Below are positions 39,014 through 50,852 of a DNA stretch of 64,000 nt, in pieces (the stretch's first letter is position 1; each line of letters starts with the position of its first letter). Source of the DNA: Podarcis tiliguerta (taxonomy: Eukaryota). The notes under the pieces were generated by a model, which saw only the letters and a program-made list of their open reading frames with translations, made no database searches and was not told the DNA's origin. The stretch lies in assembly GCA_965153285.1 (NCBI GenBank), contig OZ229125.1. One strand, written 5' to 3'. Made by a program: the position numbers and the translations under genes.

Positions 39014-39146
39014 CTTTGACTTCCCAGTCATCTTCTTTAAGAAGCTGAGGGTTCGCCCCAGGGTGGTCCCCTCCCTCTGCGGGTGCACCTGGTCTTCGGC
39101 CTCCACCGTGGTGGCGTCCAGCCGCCCGCAGCTCCCAGCGCCAAAG
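39014..39146 (-). CDS. ARHGEF2: Long-isoform exon E: FGAGSCGRLDATTVEAEDQVHPQREGTTLGRTLSFLKKMTGKSK
   Basis: Acceptor ccatgctttcag|C, donor AAG|gtaggg; 133 nt, phase 2 to 0 (same exit phase as canonical exon 1). GTTLGRTLSFLKKMTGKSK resembles AKAP13 GTKVSRTFSYIKNKMSSSKKSK, which directly precedes the KEKEK/C1 region. Confidence 0.88.
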
Positions 39147-39991
39147 CTGAAAGCATGGAAAAAGTGAGAAAGGAGGAAGGTAGCAAAACAAGCACACACT
39201 CACTCACTCACTGGTACCCAAGCCAAACAATCCCCCTTTTTGTTGTTATTGTTTCTAGGCCAGGAAGTAGGGAGGGGCCGGCTCCCTTGGCGGCCCCCAG
39301 TGACCTCAGAGGGTGGCTGCTCCTATTCCCGGCTGGGGAGAGGCAGCACAGAAGCATCACTGTTTGCTTAAGCTCCACTAGCAGCGAGCAGAAAAGAGGC
39401 AGGCTGCACATCATCACCTGGGCCATGAGCAGAGATTTCAGTGCCCCAGAACCTCTCACAGGCAGAGAGGCTCCCCCTCTGTGCCCATCTTGGGGTCTCT
39501 CCTGAAAAGGACTTCCATTAGTGCAGGAATCGACTGCCACGGATCTTTCACTGCTACTCTCATATTTGAGCTCATCACTCAAATCATTAAAAAAAAAACA
39601 GTTTAAAGCCTTGGTGCTTCCCTTTAAAGCCCTAAGCGGCTTGGCATCCAAATTCCTGAAAGCACACCCTTCTGCCCATTCCAGCTTGCTGACAGCCTCA
39701 GATCTTCTGCTGAGATCCTGATCCAAGTGCCTTCCTTACTGGAAGCGCAGGATGCAAATCCCAAAGAAGAGGTCTGGAATAGCATCCCTCAAGAGGCAAT
39801 CCTGGTGCCGACTTAATGATGTTTTCAGCACTGGGTTAATACATTTTAATTTACATCTTAATTCCCGTAATCCTTCACTCTGCTTTGTAATTCTTACCTG
39901 CTGTCTTTTACTGCAGATGCTCAGGTGAGTTTCTTATTGTATTGTATTAGGTTAGTTATCTATATCTGTTTTGATTAAACCGATTAAAGAG

Positions 39992-40215
39992 CCAGAATGT
40001 TTTTGCGGTTAGAGTGTTGAACTACTAGGACCTGGGAGAGATCAGGGTTCAAATTCCTGCTCAGCTGTGAAGTTCATTAGTTGTGACTTTGAGCTCAGTC
40101 ACTGCCTCTCAGCCTAACCTACCTCACAGGATTGTTATTGGGATTATATGAGGAGGGGGAGAACAATATACATCACCTTGAACTCCTTGGAGAAAAGATG
40201 GGATATAAATGCAAA
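39992..40215 (+). mobile_element. CORE/MIR-like squamate SINE
   Basis: GGTTAGAGTGTTG...GGTTCAAAT...CCTCACAGGATTGTT...GGGATATAAAT. Confidence 0.8.
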
Positions 40216-42659
40216 ACAACAACAACAGCCTGTCTCAAAAGTCAAAGCGGGGGTAACATATACAGTAATAATCTTATTATTATTTGTCTCTTATGAAAAA
40301 AAACAATATCTCCACCCCCTTTATATATTCTGGGGGAAAGTATTACTGAACTTTATTTATTTAGCACATTTGTACCCCACCCTTCAGCCAAAAGGGCTCC
40401 GACAGCAGCTCACATGCAATCCCTACCTGCAGGCTTACAATCTAAAAAATGTGGCATGTAAGGAAAAGGGACGGGGAGGGAAGAGGAAAATCAAAACCAA
40501 AACTCAGGCACCAGTTTCTGAACAGCTGTTCCTATAGTGCCCAGCTGGCACAGTTCAGGGGCAGGAGGTGCCTGGTGGAGCTGCCACAGCAGTGCTGATA
40601 GAGCAAACTCTGCTTCCTAGCTCTCCCACTGCTGGAAAGGCAAGACACAGCTCCTAAAGAAGGCAGCCCATGGAATAGCAGAAGTCCTACCAGATGAGTT
40701 CTGGTAATGAAGATGGGAATACGAATTGGCAGGGGCAGCGATGGGGAAGAACAGACACATTCTCAAATACTGGGGTGGGGGGTGGGGGAGACAGTAATCT
40801 GAATTTACAGAGAGGATGGTGGTGGTAATGTGTGATTGAGAATGCTGGGATTTCTATGGGACCTGACCTCTCCTCCATCTCTTGTCTTTGACTTCCTCAG
40901 CATAAGTTAAGCCCTCTGCGCCAGAAGGTATTTTCAATGTGTATGTTTTGTTTGATTTAAGAATTTATAAACTGCTTTATATAGACTAAGCAGTCAACAA
41001 GAATGTATAAAACCAAACAACCAACCAAATAATAAAACAAAATCACGAAGCTTTAATAAAAACTCTTCCTGTGAATTGGCTGCAACAGCAATTCAGCCGG
41101 GGGAAGGCCTGAGTTAGGTGCTGCTTCTTTTTTAATTGTTTTATTTAACCCAATGTTGACATGCTCCATAGCCAAATGTTAAAATTTATGGGGCAAGCAA
41201 GTTTGCTTATTGGGGTGAAAACTCCACTTTGGATCTTGTCATTCTCTAAGCTGCATAAGAAACAACACATGGTCAAGAGTTGTCTGTGGTACAATTTTCT
41301 CATGTTCAGTGCCTGTCTCTTTTTTAAGTTGTCCCCCTTTTACAATTCTGCCTACGCCTCAGGAGGTGTGTCAGAAAGCTCTCCCCCCCCCCCGGGAGGG
41401 GCAGATTAATCAATTTCAATTACTTTCTGCTTCTCATTTTCCCAATCTTAAATGCAGTTCTCCACATTTCCAGTTTGTATTTAAAAAGTCCTCAGGAAAA
41501 CCCATCACAATTTTACTATGGTTTCTCCTAATATACACATTTTTGTATGCAACTTTGCCAAATAGACACATTTAGCAAAGCAATTTTCCTAATGCATTGA
41601 AAACGGGGGTGGGGAAGTTATTTTTGCTCTCAAGACCATATCCTTATCAGGACTGGCTTTGCAGGCCAAATTTGACAGGCCACTGACCTGTCAATCATGT
41701 GATACTGTTATGATGTCACACGATTGCCGGGCAGGTGAAGCTGCCAGCACCCTCCTGTCAAAATTCTTCATGCAGCTTTGCAGGTCTTCCCACACTTCCC
41801 CCTTAAACCCAGTACTGGGGGTTTAAAAGAAGAACACAGGGAGACTTGCAAAGGCAACCACTATAGAGCAGTCTGTCTTAAAGCTGTAACAGGTCTTTTG
41901 AAGTAGCCTCCATCCTGTTCTTCTAAGGGGGAGGTTGCTTCAAAGTGTGTACAGTATTTGCCAAGCACTTTAAGACAGGATCGACTGCCTGTGCTCCTTT
42001 CTCTCTCTCTTCCACTTAACTCTAGAGAAAAAGGTGTTTTTGCAAGCAAAGGCAAGGAGGGGTGGGTGTGTCTCCCGTGCTCTGGTTTGCTTGCAAAATG
42101 CTCCCTTTAAGATTAGAGCAAGATGCAGACTTAGAAGGGAAGAGGGAAGAGGAAAGAGACTGGCAGTGACTTCTGTGAGTCTCCTTGTCCTTTTAAGTCC
42201 CTAATCTTACAGTGATCTCTAATCTCCATTCACCAGCAGATGAGCAGAGATTAAATCCTACTGCTAGGCCTTGGGATCCAATGCAAGGTTAAATCCTGCC
42301 CTCCTGCCCATCAGCTGATGTCACCAGTGACATCAGCTGATGGGAGTGGTTTGGGGAAAACAGCCTGATGGGCCAAAATGGACCCTCTGGAGGTCCAAGA
42401 TAGGTCCATTTGCCATAAATTCTCCACCACCAATTTAAAAAGTTTTTTAAAACATTTAATATCTTTAAAAACTCAATGTGGTATACAGTACACTGTGTAC
42501 AATGGAAAATCAATTTGCATTAAGACAAAAATATACCCTAAAAGAAATAAAACAGTTATTTATCTATTTAGTGCCCTTCTATCCCATATTTTAATTTTAT
42601 TTATTTATTGAATTTATATATCGCCCTATACCCGGAGGTCTCAGGGTGGCTCACAGAAC

Positions 42660-43010
42660 ATATTTTTCTCCAAGGAGCTCAAGATGGCATATATGGTTCT
42701 CCCCCTCATTTAATCTTCACAGCAACCCTGCAAGGTACGTTAAGGCTGAGAGGAGTGACAGTCCCATGGCCACATAGTGAGCTTCATAGCCAAGTGGGGA
42801 TTTGAACCCTCATCTCTCAGGTCCTAGTCCAACACTCCAACCACCATGCTATACTGGCTCTTAACTGGCTCAGCAACTAGATTTTGTAGTCGGGGTGGCA
42901 ATTATTTTCCTTTTCACCCAAGGTCACATTGAGCTACATGGCTGAGGGGATTTGAACCCTGGTTTCTTCCAGGTCCTAGCCCGGCACTCTAACCACTGCA
43001 CCACACTGTT
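42660..43010 (-). mobile_element. CORE/MIR-like squamate SINE, one full and one partial copy
   Basis: CTCCAAGGAGCTCAAG...GGATTTGAACCC...GGTCCTAGTCC, repeated in part at 42930-43008. Confidence 0.75.
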
Positions 43011-43606
43011 TTATTTTATAAAACAGATTGGGGGGGATTCTTACACATAGGTCAGGGTCCGAGCATGCATTTTTGTACATGATTTTCACTAGCATGCACG
43101 TTTATATGCAGGTTTTACCCCAGTATATGCATTTTTTGTAATGACTTGGCTGGAGAACTACACTGCAAAATTCAGAGAAGTGTAGGTTTCAAAGGAGGGC
43201 TGCATCTCTAGCTCTCCATGTCAACCCTAAAGCACTTGGCCTACGCATATCCCTGGTTGCTTTCTTTTTTGTATCCTCCCCACCCCACTGCCTGCAGACC
43301 TCTAAAAATAAAACTGGTACCAGTGATCCCTAGAGGGTAGGGGAGAAGGAGGTTTTCCTGGAGCATCAAGGGACCGTCAGCGGGGAAGATTTAACATTAG
43401 TCATAATTAAGCAGCTACAATTCTCCCCTTTAAAGTTAGACCTGTTATGGAAAAGTTGGATTACACATCTGAGCAGTGCAAAGAGATATCAGCCAAACAA
43501 TGCTGCCATTCCCCTTGAGACCAAGGACTCCCAGGTCAGGAGCTGAGCTACGAGCTCAAATCCCACCACCCTCAGTCATATCTGAAGGGCAAGAAGTGTG
43601 ACTCAC

Positions 43607-43646
43607 CCATTGGACAGGCTCACAGTGTCACCATAAAGGGAGATCC
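43607..43646 (-). CDS. ARHGEF2: Long-isoform exon D (40 nt): (G)ISLYGDTVSLSN(G)
   Basis: Strong acceptor ctcttctcccttcccttgccag| and donor AATGG|gtgagt. Phase 1 to 2, exactly what is needed to join exon C to exon E in frame. Confidence 0.82.
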
Positions 43647-43862
43647 CTGGCAAGGGAAGGGAGAAGAGACATATTTTATCTACTTGAATGACAAGGTATA
43701 TATATCACCTTTCTACTTCAGAAAGTCCTCATGTGTTACCTGCTTTAAAATCACAACAGTGAAATATCAACAATGAAAACCATGGAAACAAAACTGACAG
43801 CGACAAGGAGGGTGAATCCAGATAGGGGCAGATCTTAATGCTGGAAATGGGTTATTGAGATA

Positions 43863-43957
43863 TCATAGAATCAGAATTGTAAAGGTCAAGCCCCAGAAAC
43901 GCAAGAATATGCAATTGTCCCTTATGGGGATCAAACCTGCAACCTTGGCATAATCAT
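43863..43957 (-). mobile_element. tRNA-Ile-derived SINE fragment with CR1 tail
   Basis: Minus strand TGATTATGCCAAGGTTGCAGGTTTGATCCCCATAAGGGACA resembles the tRNA-Ile 3' half, then GCATATTCTTGC...ATTCTGATTCTATGA. Confidence 0.62.
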
Positions 43958-45074
43958 TGCACAGGGCTTGTTTGCAACAAGTCCCCCCCCCCCCTTATAC
44001 AAATATTGAGGCACATGGTCACCCAGAGCTACCAGTATATGCAAATGTCTGCCTCATTTAAGACTATAGAACCTTTATTCTTTATAATAATGGAACTCAC
44101 AGGTGGATAATACTTTTATTTTTACATGTCTTTATTATTTTTGTATTATTATTTATTATTTGTAAAAGGAATATTTTATTTACCCATTTGGAGCTGTGTT
44201 GTATTTTTATACTTTTGACCTTCTGGTCAGTCATACTTTACAGTTTATATTTTTGATTCTTTGTTTCTTCTCTTTTTCTTATGTTTGCACATTCTGTTGC
44301 TGTTAATAATAAATTAATACTTTAAATAAGTTTTTTTGAACATTGGATTTTCATACAAAAGATAAATCCAGATTTTTAGGGAGTGGGGATATGGACTAGC
44401 ATTTTGATGCCAATAATGGTGCCTGGGGGCTGCAAAAAACACACACACACACAAAACTTGCAAGCATGAGCAGCCCCCATCATACAATAAACCTCCATCT
44501 GGAAGCCCCACAACTAAAGCAGCAGCATAAGCAGAGCAAAACTGCAGAAGTTAATTACTGGTTAAAACCCCAACAGTACAGAACAGGGAACAACAACAAG
44601 GACATCTCCCTGGAGAGGGAATTTCAGAGGTGGAGTGGAATTGCAGAGAGCGCCCCCTCTCCAGCCACAACCCCACCTGACTTTCAAAGGCAGCTGGCAG
44701 CTGGATGAAGACCTCATCTCAGAAGAGAGTCTTAACGGGAGGGAAGGCTTCACCTGAGAGAGCAGGTGGTCCTTCAGACACCACCTGCTCTTGGTCTGTT
44801 TTGGCGTTTGAACATGCAAGAACCCCACAGAGGGAGCAACGAGGAGCGGCTAGACGCTAGAGGCTCAGTGGTAGAACATCCACTCTGCATGCCTAGGGCT
44901 GAACCCAGGCTCCAGAAAATCCTACTTTTTAAAAACACAGTGGAACAACTGTGCAATTTCCCCAGGTGTAATGACCTATTGTGCAGCTATTCAACAGCCT
45001 GGCTAGCCAGTTATGGCCTATATAGATTGCTCCAGCCATTTTCCTCTCTCCTCTCTAGGAATCATCACTTAACC

Positions 45075-45771
45075 CAGTGCTTCCCAAATGTTTTCGGGCC
45101 ACCACACCCATGGTTCCCTAACCTCACCTCCAGTGCCCCTTGCCCTGTAAAAACATTGTTCAGAATAGCAGTTTGCACAACCCACTATGGAAGATAATAA
45201 CACAAAAGAATTCTAAACACTAACAATTAATTGCACATTCGTTCAAAGTCTAGTTAAAACTACAGTGGTGCCTCGCAAGACGAAAAGAATCCGTTCCGCG
45301 AGTCTCTTCGTCTAGCGGTTTTTTCGTCTTGCAAAGCAACCCTATTAGCGGATTAGCGCTATTAGCGGTTTAGCGGCTATTAGTGGCTATTAAAGGCTTA
45401 AGGGATTAGCGGATTAGCTGCTAAAAGGCTATTAGCAGCTTAGTGCCTTAGAAAAAGGGGGTGGGGAGCGAAAAAAAATCGCAAGAATCACAAGACATTT
45501 TCGTCTTGCGAAGCAAGCCCATAGAGAAATTCGTCCTGCAAAGCGCATTGAAAAACGGAAAACCCTTTCGTCTAGCGGGTTTTCCGTCTTGTGAGGCATT
45601 CGTCTTGCGGGGCACCACTGTATTCAGTTTAATTAATTCAACAAAACTGATGAATTTGATCCAACGATACCAGCTTTTCAAAATCTGATGTCATTTACAC
45701 CACCAGCACCTCACTCAGGAAATTCCACTACCCCCCTCAGGTAGCACTACCACCCACATTGGGAATCACTA
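45075..45771. mobile_element. hAT (Charlie-like) non-autonomous element hosting the Tigger-like MITE
   Basis: Termini CAGTGCTTCCCAAA and TTGGGAATCACT are inverted repeats typical of hAT MITEs. No clear 8-bp TSD remains. Confidence 0.6.
45263..45620. mobile_element. Tc1/mariner-pogo (Tigger-like) MITE with an internal (ATTAGCGG)-like tandem array
   Basis: TIRs CAGTGGTGCCTCGCAAGACGAA and TTCGTCTTGCGGGGCACCACTG; TA TSD at 45261-45262 and 45621-45622. Confidence 0.92.
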
Positions 45772-46117
45772 AAAGAGAATCACTTCTCTTTTCACATAGC
45801 ATACCCTCTATATTGTTTTCTTCCCTGTGCCCCCCCCCCCAAACTGCACTTGGGGTGGCTAATCATGATCAGGAGTACTGTGAGAGCAAAAGCCAGCATT
45901 TAACCCCCCCTCCCCCAAGCCTAGTGAAAATCACCCTCCCTTTCCCCTCACAAACATATGGGGCTGGGGAAAGTGCGCCAGCCTGGCTACAGAATGTTAT
46001 TTGGATTCCAGAGGTCTGGAACCAGAGTTTCAATTCCACTTCCAGGATAGCAGTGATTGGGTGCTGCTTAATGGTCCACACCTAGAAATGCCCCACCCCA
46101 CAAATCTCCACACTCAC

Positions 46118-46229
46118 CATCTGCTTCTGCCGGGTAGCTGTCGATGCCACTCATGGAAACAGATTTGGACAGAGAGCTACCATTGGAGTTCTGGGATGCA
46201 TGATATGCTTGCATCCTCTTGGAATGTTC
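46118..46229 (-). CDS. ARHGEF2: Long-isoform exon C: EHSKRMQAYHASQNSNGSSLSKSVSMSGIDSYPAEAD(G)
   Basis: Acceptor ctcattttcag|, donor GATG|gtgagt; 112 nt, phase 0 to 1. SSLSKSVSMSGI resembles AKAP13 SSPLTKSISLMTI. Confidence 0.87.
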
Positions 46230-47152
46230 CTGAAAATGAGAGCGGGCTATTAATGTCACAAACACCACCAGAAGCCCTGGGCAAAGGATTCCTCACTTCA
46301 GCAGCAGGAGGGCATAGAAATCTGGGACACATACACTCTACCGATCTAAAGCCCAGCTTACTGCTTCTCTAGCTTTCAGTAAACTAAAAGCTACCCACTT
46401 CTTCATTATTATTTCAGAAGTCACCCATGGCCGGTCCTTAATGAAACTTGGCTGAAACTAAGTTTTGATACAGGCTGAAGTGAGGGGAAGATAAAACCAC
46501 ATTCTTAATATGACGTTCTACCGTTTTTAGCAACCATTATGACAACAAAGGAGAATATGTAAGAGCTTATTTTCAGTCACTAAACCTGCTTGAAATGCCA
46601 TGGGATCCCCTAAAGCATCTGAAACTGGATATTCATTCTTTCATTGACATGGATACCTGTGAGCTAAATGGGTCCAGAGGGCCTCTCTCTCCACACAGGT
46701 GTATCAAGAGAGGCTCCAACCTCCTCCACCAGCTCCTAGGGCCCCAGCCAACAGCCAGAGCAGTTGGAAATTCTGTTCCAACTGCCAGCTGCCCAGGGAC
46801 TGCAACAGCCAAAGGGGAGGGTCACTCTGGCCTCTAACCTTGGCTGGAGGAGCAAGAGCCACTGAGCCACTGCACTGCCTCCATCCATGCTAGGGAAAAT
46901 CAACCTGGCCCTGAAGGGGAGATGCAAGTGACTGTCAACATCTTGCTGCCTCATTCTAGCATAATCAAATCAATCCCTCCTGTAACTTCCTTCTGTCTAA
47001 TGTGACCCTTTTGTTTCTTATCCTTTTTCATCTGTAAGCCAGGCGTCTACGTACAGCGTCTTCCACCAACATTTTGCACCCTAAATTTTAACAAAATGAC
47101 CTTTTGGGGGGTCTGGAAAGTGGGAATAAAAAATCTAAACATACATCCATAC

Positions 47153-47324
47153 CTGAGAGAATTCCTGGTCATCCTCCTCTTCATCCTGAGAGAGCATGGA
47201 CTCCGTCTCATCGTTGCTACGGATAATAGGGGCTCGGCGGGGGTCCCTTTGGCTCTGAGGATGTCCGTCCAGTTGCTCGGTGGAGGAGTCAACTTCCTCG
47301 TGGGCTAGTCCTTTCATACTCATG
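47153..47324 (-). CDS. ARHGEF2: Long-isoform exon B: (S)MSMKGLAHEEVDSSTEQLDGHPQSQRDPRRAPIIRSNDETESMLSQDEEEDDQEFSQ
   Basis: Acceptor cttccttttcag|C, donor CAG|gtatgg; 172 nt, phase 2 to 0. The junction reads QRSMSMKGL (cf. AKAP13 RRSFSLEGL), and ESMLSQDEEE resembles DSLVSLSEED. Confidence 0.87.
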
Positions 47325-47525
47325 CTGAAAAGGAAGCCAATCAGACAGTCAAGAGCTTAAATGTGATTCCATGTTGAGCTACTCACATCCAGTTATAAAG
47401 GACCTTTCCACTGCAGACTCAAATCTGAGCATTTTTCAAAAGTGCACAGATATAGCAGGGTGCAACTGTTAAAATAGTGGTTGCACCAAGTTCATATTCA
47501 CAGCCTGATATCAGTTTCCCAACTT

Positions 47526-47704
47526 GCTATGCACTCATGTGCGGGCCAGCTAGCCAAACCAGTGTGGCATAGAGGATAGTGTGCTAGGCCAAGACCTTGG
47601 AGGCCAAACAGCTGCGAGAACCGTGGCCTCCAAGGTCTTGGCCCAGCACACTAACTTCTATGCCACACTGGTTTGGCTGGCTGGCCTGCACACGAGTGCA
47701 TGGC
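47526..47704. repeat. Inverted repeat: 81-bp arms (47526-47606 and 47624-47704), 17-nt loop
   Basis: The arms are reverse complements with 7 differences in 81 bp. Confidence 0.93.
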
Positions 47705-49044
47705 CATACTCACTATACTCACCAGAGCTTGCTGGACTTGACATCCATCAGAAACCCAGCAAATCCCTTCTGTGTGTAATGAGATTTTTGTCTCTCTCCC
47801 ACCACCACCTTCCCAAAGCTCTTGAGAAGCTGCTTCTGACTTGTAGAGGCACACTTCCTTCTCTAGAGCTCCCCACCGCTGAAAACATTTGCAGAAGTGG
47901 GGAGAGTTTCAGTCTTTCCAAGCAACTCTTTTTGCAGAGAAAGCGAAGACAAGGGGGGTGGCGCTGGAAATCCCAAGTGGGTTTGTCCTCAAGTCAGAGG
48001 CAGAGGAGCCATACTTTAATATATGCTATTTAATTCTATTATTATTATTATTACAACAATTTATTATATGCCCTTCACCCTAAGGTCCCAGGGTGGGCTA
48101 CAACAATTAAACCACAATATTAAAAACAGTTTTAAGCAACTTACGAACACAGAAACAAGGTGGGCCCTAAAACATACATTTCAAGGGTCAAAGGTCAGGG
48201 TAAAGATCCGCTAAACCTGGCGCCAAAGACGGTAGGGAAGAAGGTTGTATTTCAAGTTTTGGGGGGATCTGAATTGTTTAGGGTTTTGAACACTACGGTG
48301 AGCACCTTTAATTGGGCCTGGAAGCGAACAAGCAGCTGTTTCAAAACACAGGTGTTAAAGGGAACCCCAGCCAGAAATCTGACTGCAGCATTTTGTCAGA
48401 CGTCAAGGTTCAATAGTTAAAAAGGCATGATAAAGTTAATTTTAAAAATTGCCTTATACAGAGTCAGACAAATTGGCCCATCTCGGTACTGCTTACATTG
48501 AATGGCAGTGGTTCTCTAGAGTTTTCAGGCAGGGGGCATTCCTAGCCCTACTTGGGGAAGCCAGGGATTGAACCAATGTCTTCAAATCTCCCTGCAAACA
48601 AATTAGGATGCTCAATGAACAGGTTGTCTGGAATAGACCGTAGCAAGAAAACGCCTTGCTGCCAGCAGGGGGCAACCCAAGACTGGTTTGGATGGGACCA
48701 TCCAACCAAGCTGAGTTTGCGAAGATCCCCACTCCACGCCACAGAGTTCAGGTGCTTCCAGGTGCAAGTTTACAGTCAAGGGTTGGAATAGCAGTGAAAA
48801 TGGTAGCTGGAAAAATGGGTACATGTACAAATTCCATACACAGAGTGGGGCTGGGGGGAGCAGACCTGAGACAGCACCCCTGTGTGGAAGCAGCCAACTC
48901 ACACAGCACATAAATTCTGGGGGATTTGCTGCCACAAGGTGCAGTGATGGCTGCAAACTCAGACAACTTTAACAGGAGGTCAGACAAATTCATATAGAAT
49001 TCAGAAGGGTATCAATGGCTACCAGTCACAATGGCAATGCTTCT

Positions 49045-49270
49045 TTTACTTATTTATTGCATTTATATCCTACCTTTTCCCTCCATGCAGCTGAAAGTGG
49101 GTCTCCCCCTCCTCCTTTAATCCCCACAACAATCTTGCAAGGTAGGTTAAGCCAAAAGGCGGTGACTGCCTCAAGGCCACCCTGTGAGCTTCATTGCCTG
49201 GTGGAAATTTGAATCCTGGTCTCTCCTAGGTCCATGTCCAACCCTCTAACCACTGCACCACACTGGCTCA
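49045..49270 (-). mobile_element. CORE/MIR-like squamate SINE
   Basis: Same family; further copies at about 50860-51055 (-), 58398-58597 (-), 60328-60500 (+) and 26300-26705 (+, fragments). Confidence 0.78.
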
Positions 49271-49881
49271 ATCTTTTACCTCTTCTATCCGATGTGGCCA
49301 GCCAGGGTCAGAAGCAAAAGTGGGCAGAGCAATAGATGTGTACAGTAGGGTACATTCTATTTAACGTTTCTGTACACACACCTCTCTATGCAGGCAAGCA
49401 AGAGGCATTAACACAGTTCAAGGACACATTCCAGCCAGGTAAGAGCACTTGATATAGGTGAGCAGCAGAGCCGGTGAGTGGCCATGCCCAAAGGCAGGAC
49501 CCAGAGAGGCCTGGAGGGCTCTATTTGGATACACACCCACCCACCCTGAGCCTAAGATCTCACATGCTTGCTTTATGATGCTGGGTCCCAAGAGCTTCCA
49601 AATTTTACAATAATTCGGACCATTTTCTTCACATTTCCTAGCTAGCTGAAGAAGTGAACTATTCTGAGCACCTGCAGAGAGCTAGGCCCTCATCACTGCA
49701 GGCTGTACAATTAAATTGGATTTGGTGTTCTTTTGCAACAAACCCATCCTCCACCCCCGGAAAGCAACCTGGAGGTTTTCATAGGGAGAAAAGTCACAGG
49801 AAAATGCACCAGACAGACAGTGTGAAATAACAATTGCTTGACGCAACATCTTATACCCTTCCCCACAAATGAAAATGAATA

Positions 49882-50118
49882 CAGTGGTTCCATAGTTTAC
49901 AAACTTAATCCGTTCCGGAAGTCCGTTCTTAAACCAAAGACATGCTTTCCCACAGCAGCGGGGAACTCAATTTACAAATGGAACACACTCAACAGGAAGC
50001 AAAACATGTTCTGCTTCCAAGGCAAAGTTCACAAACCAAAACACCTACTTCCGGGTTTGCAGCATTCTGAATCCAAGTTGTTCATAAACTAAGCTGTTCT
50101 TAAACCAAGGTACCACTG
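49882..50118. mobile_element. Tc1/mariner-pogo (Tigger-like) MITE
   Basis: Imperfect TIRs CAGTGGTTCCATAGTTTACAAAC and GTTCTTAAACCAAGGTACCACTG; TA TSD at 49880-49881 and 50119-50120. Confidence 0.85.
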
Positions 50119-50690
50119 TACTCAATAAGCAGCCCAATGTTCCCTAACCATCACCCCGCAAACAAATCTGGATGAATGCCAAGAAAGCAGCCTTTCTGTG
50201 GTCTGGATGACGGTTTTGTGTGGACACCCCACAACCATTCTATATTAAATGGTTTGTGTAGGAGCAGCCACAGGGTGCTCCCAGGTGACCTGTTTATTAA
50301 GAATTCAATCCTGATTTTTTTTTGATTTTTTTTTTTTTTGCAGGGAGGTTAGATGACAAAGAAAGTGTTATTCCATATTTTCTATTGCATTTGCTCAATA
50401 CTTATTTTCTCATCACTCATTACTGCAAAAAGTTTGATCACGGGGGCAAGCAAATTTGTTGGAATGTGATTGAATGCCTACCTGAAGTTAGTCTGTATTT
50501 GTGAGCTTCTACTAAAATACATGAGCACAAGAACTGAGGTGCATCATATTTCCCACTAAGATATTTAACAGAGTGTCTGAAAGCTGAAAAACAACGGTGC
50601 TTGTAACAAGACAAAAAGGGAGACAGGGATTTTCCAGAAACCTGGATCAGAAAATAGGAGCTGTACTAAGTAAAGAGTGGCAGTTGAAGT

Positions 50691-50692
<2 letters not shown>

Positions 50693-50773
<81 letters not shown>

Positions 50774-50852
50774 GAGCACTTCCAGGTGTGGGTTTATTGT
50801 GAGATGGGTGCTCCTCACTCAGGCAATGATTGATTGATTGATTGATTGATTG
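50693..50852. repeat. (GT)n(GA)n microsatellite and nearby (GATT)n
   Basis: Directly visible at 50693-50770 and 50826-50852. Confidence 0.92.

Noticed and set aside
39208-39726. 172-aa minus-strand ORF as a standalone gene
   Set aside because: Its 5' part is antisense L2 sequence; only the 3' part is kept as a weak alternative-exon candidate.
45343-45445. CRISPR-like or telomere-like array
   Set aside because: Short degenerate units without spacers, lying inside a MITE in a eukaryotic genome.
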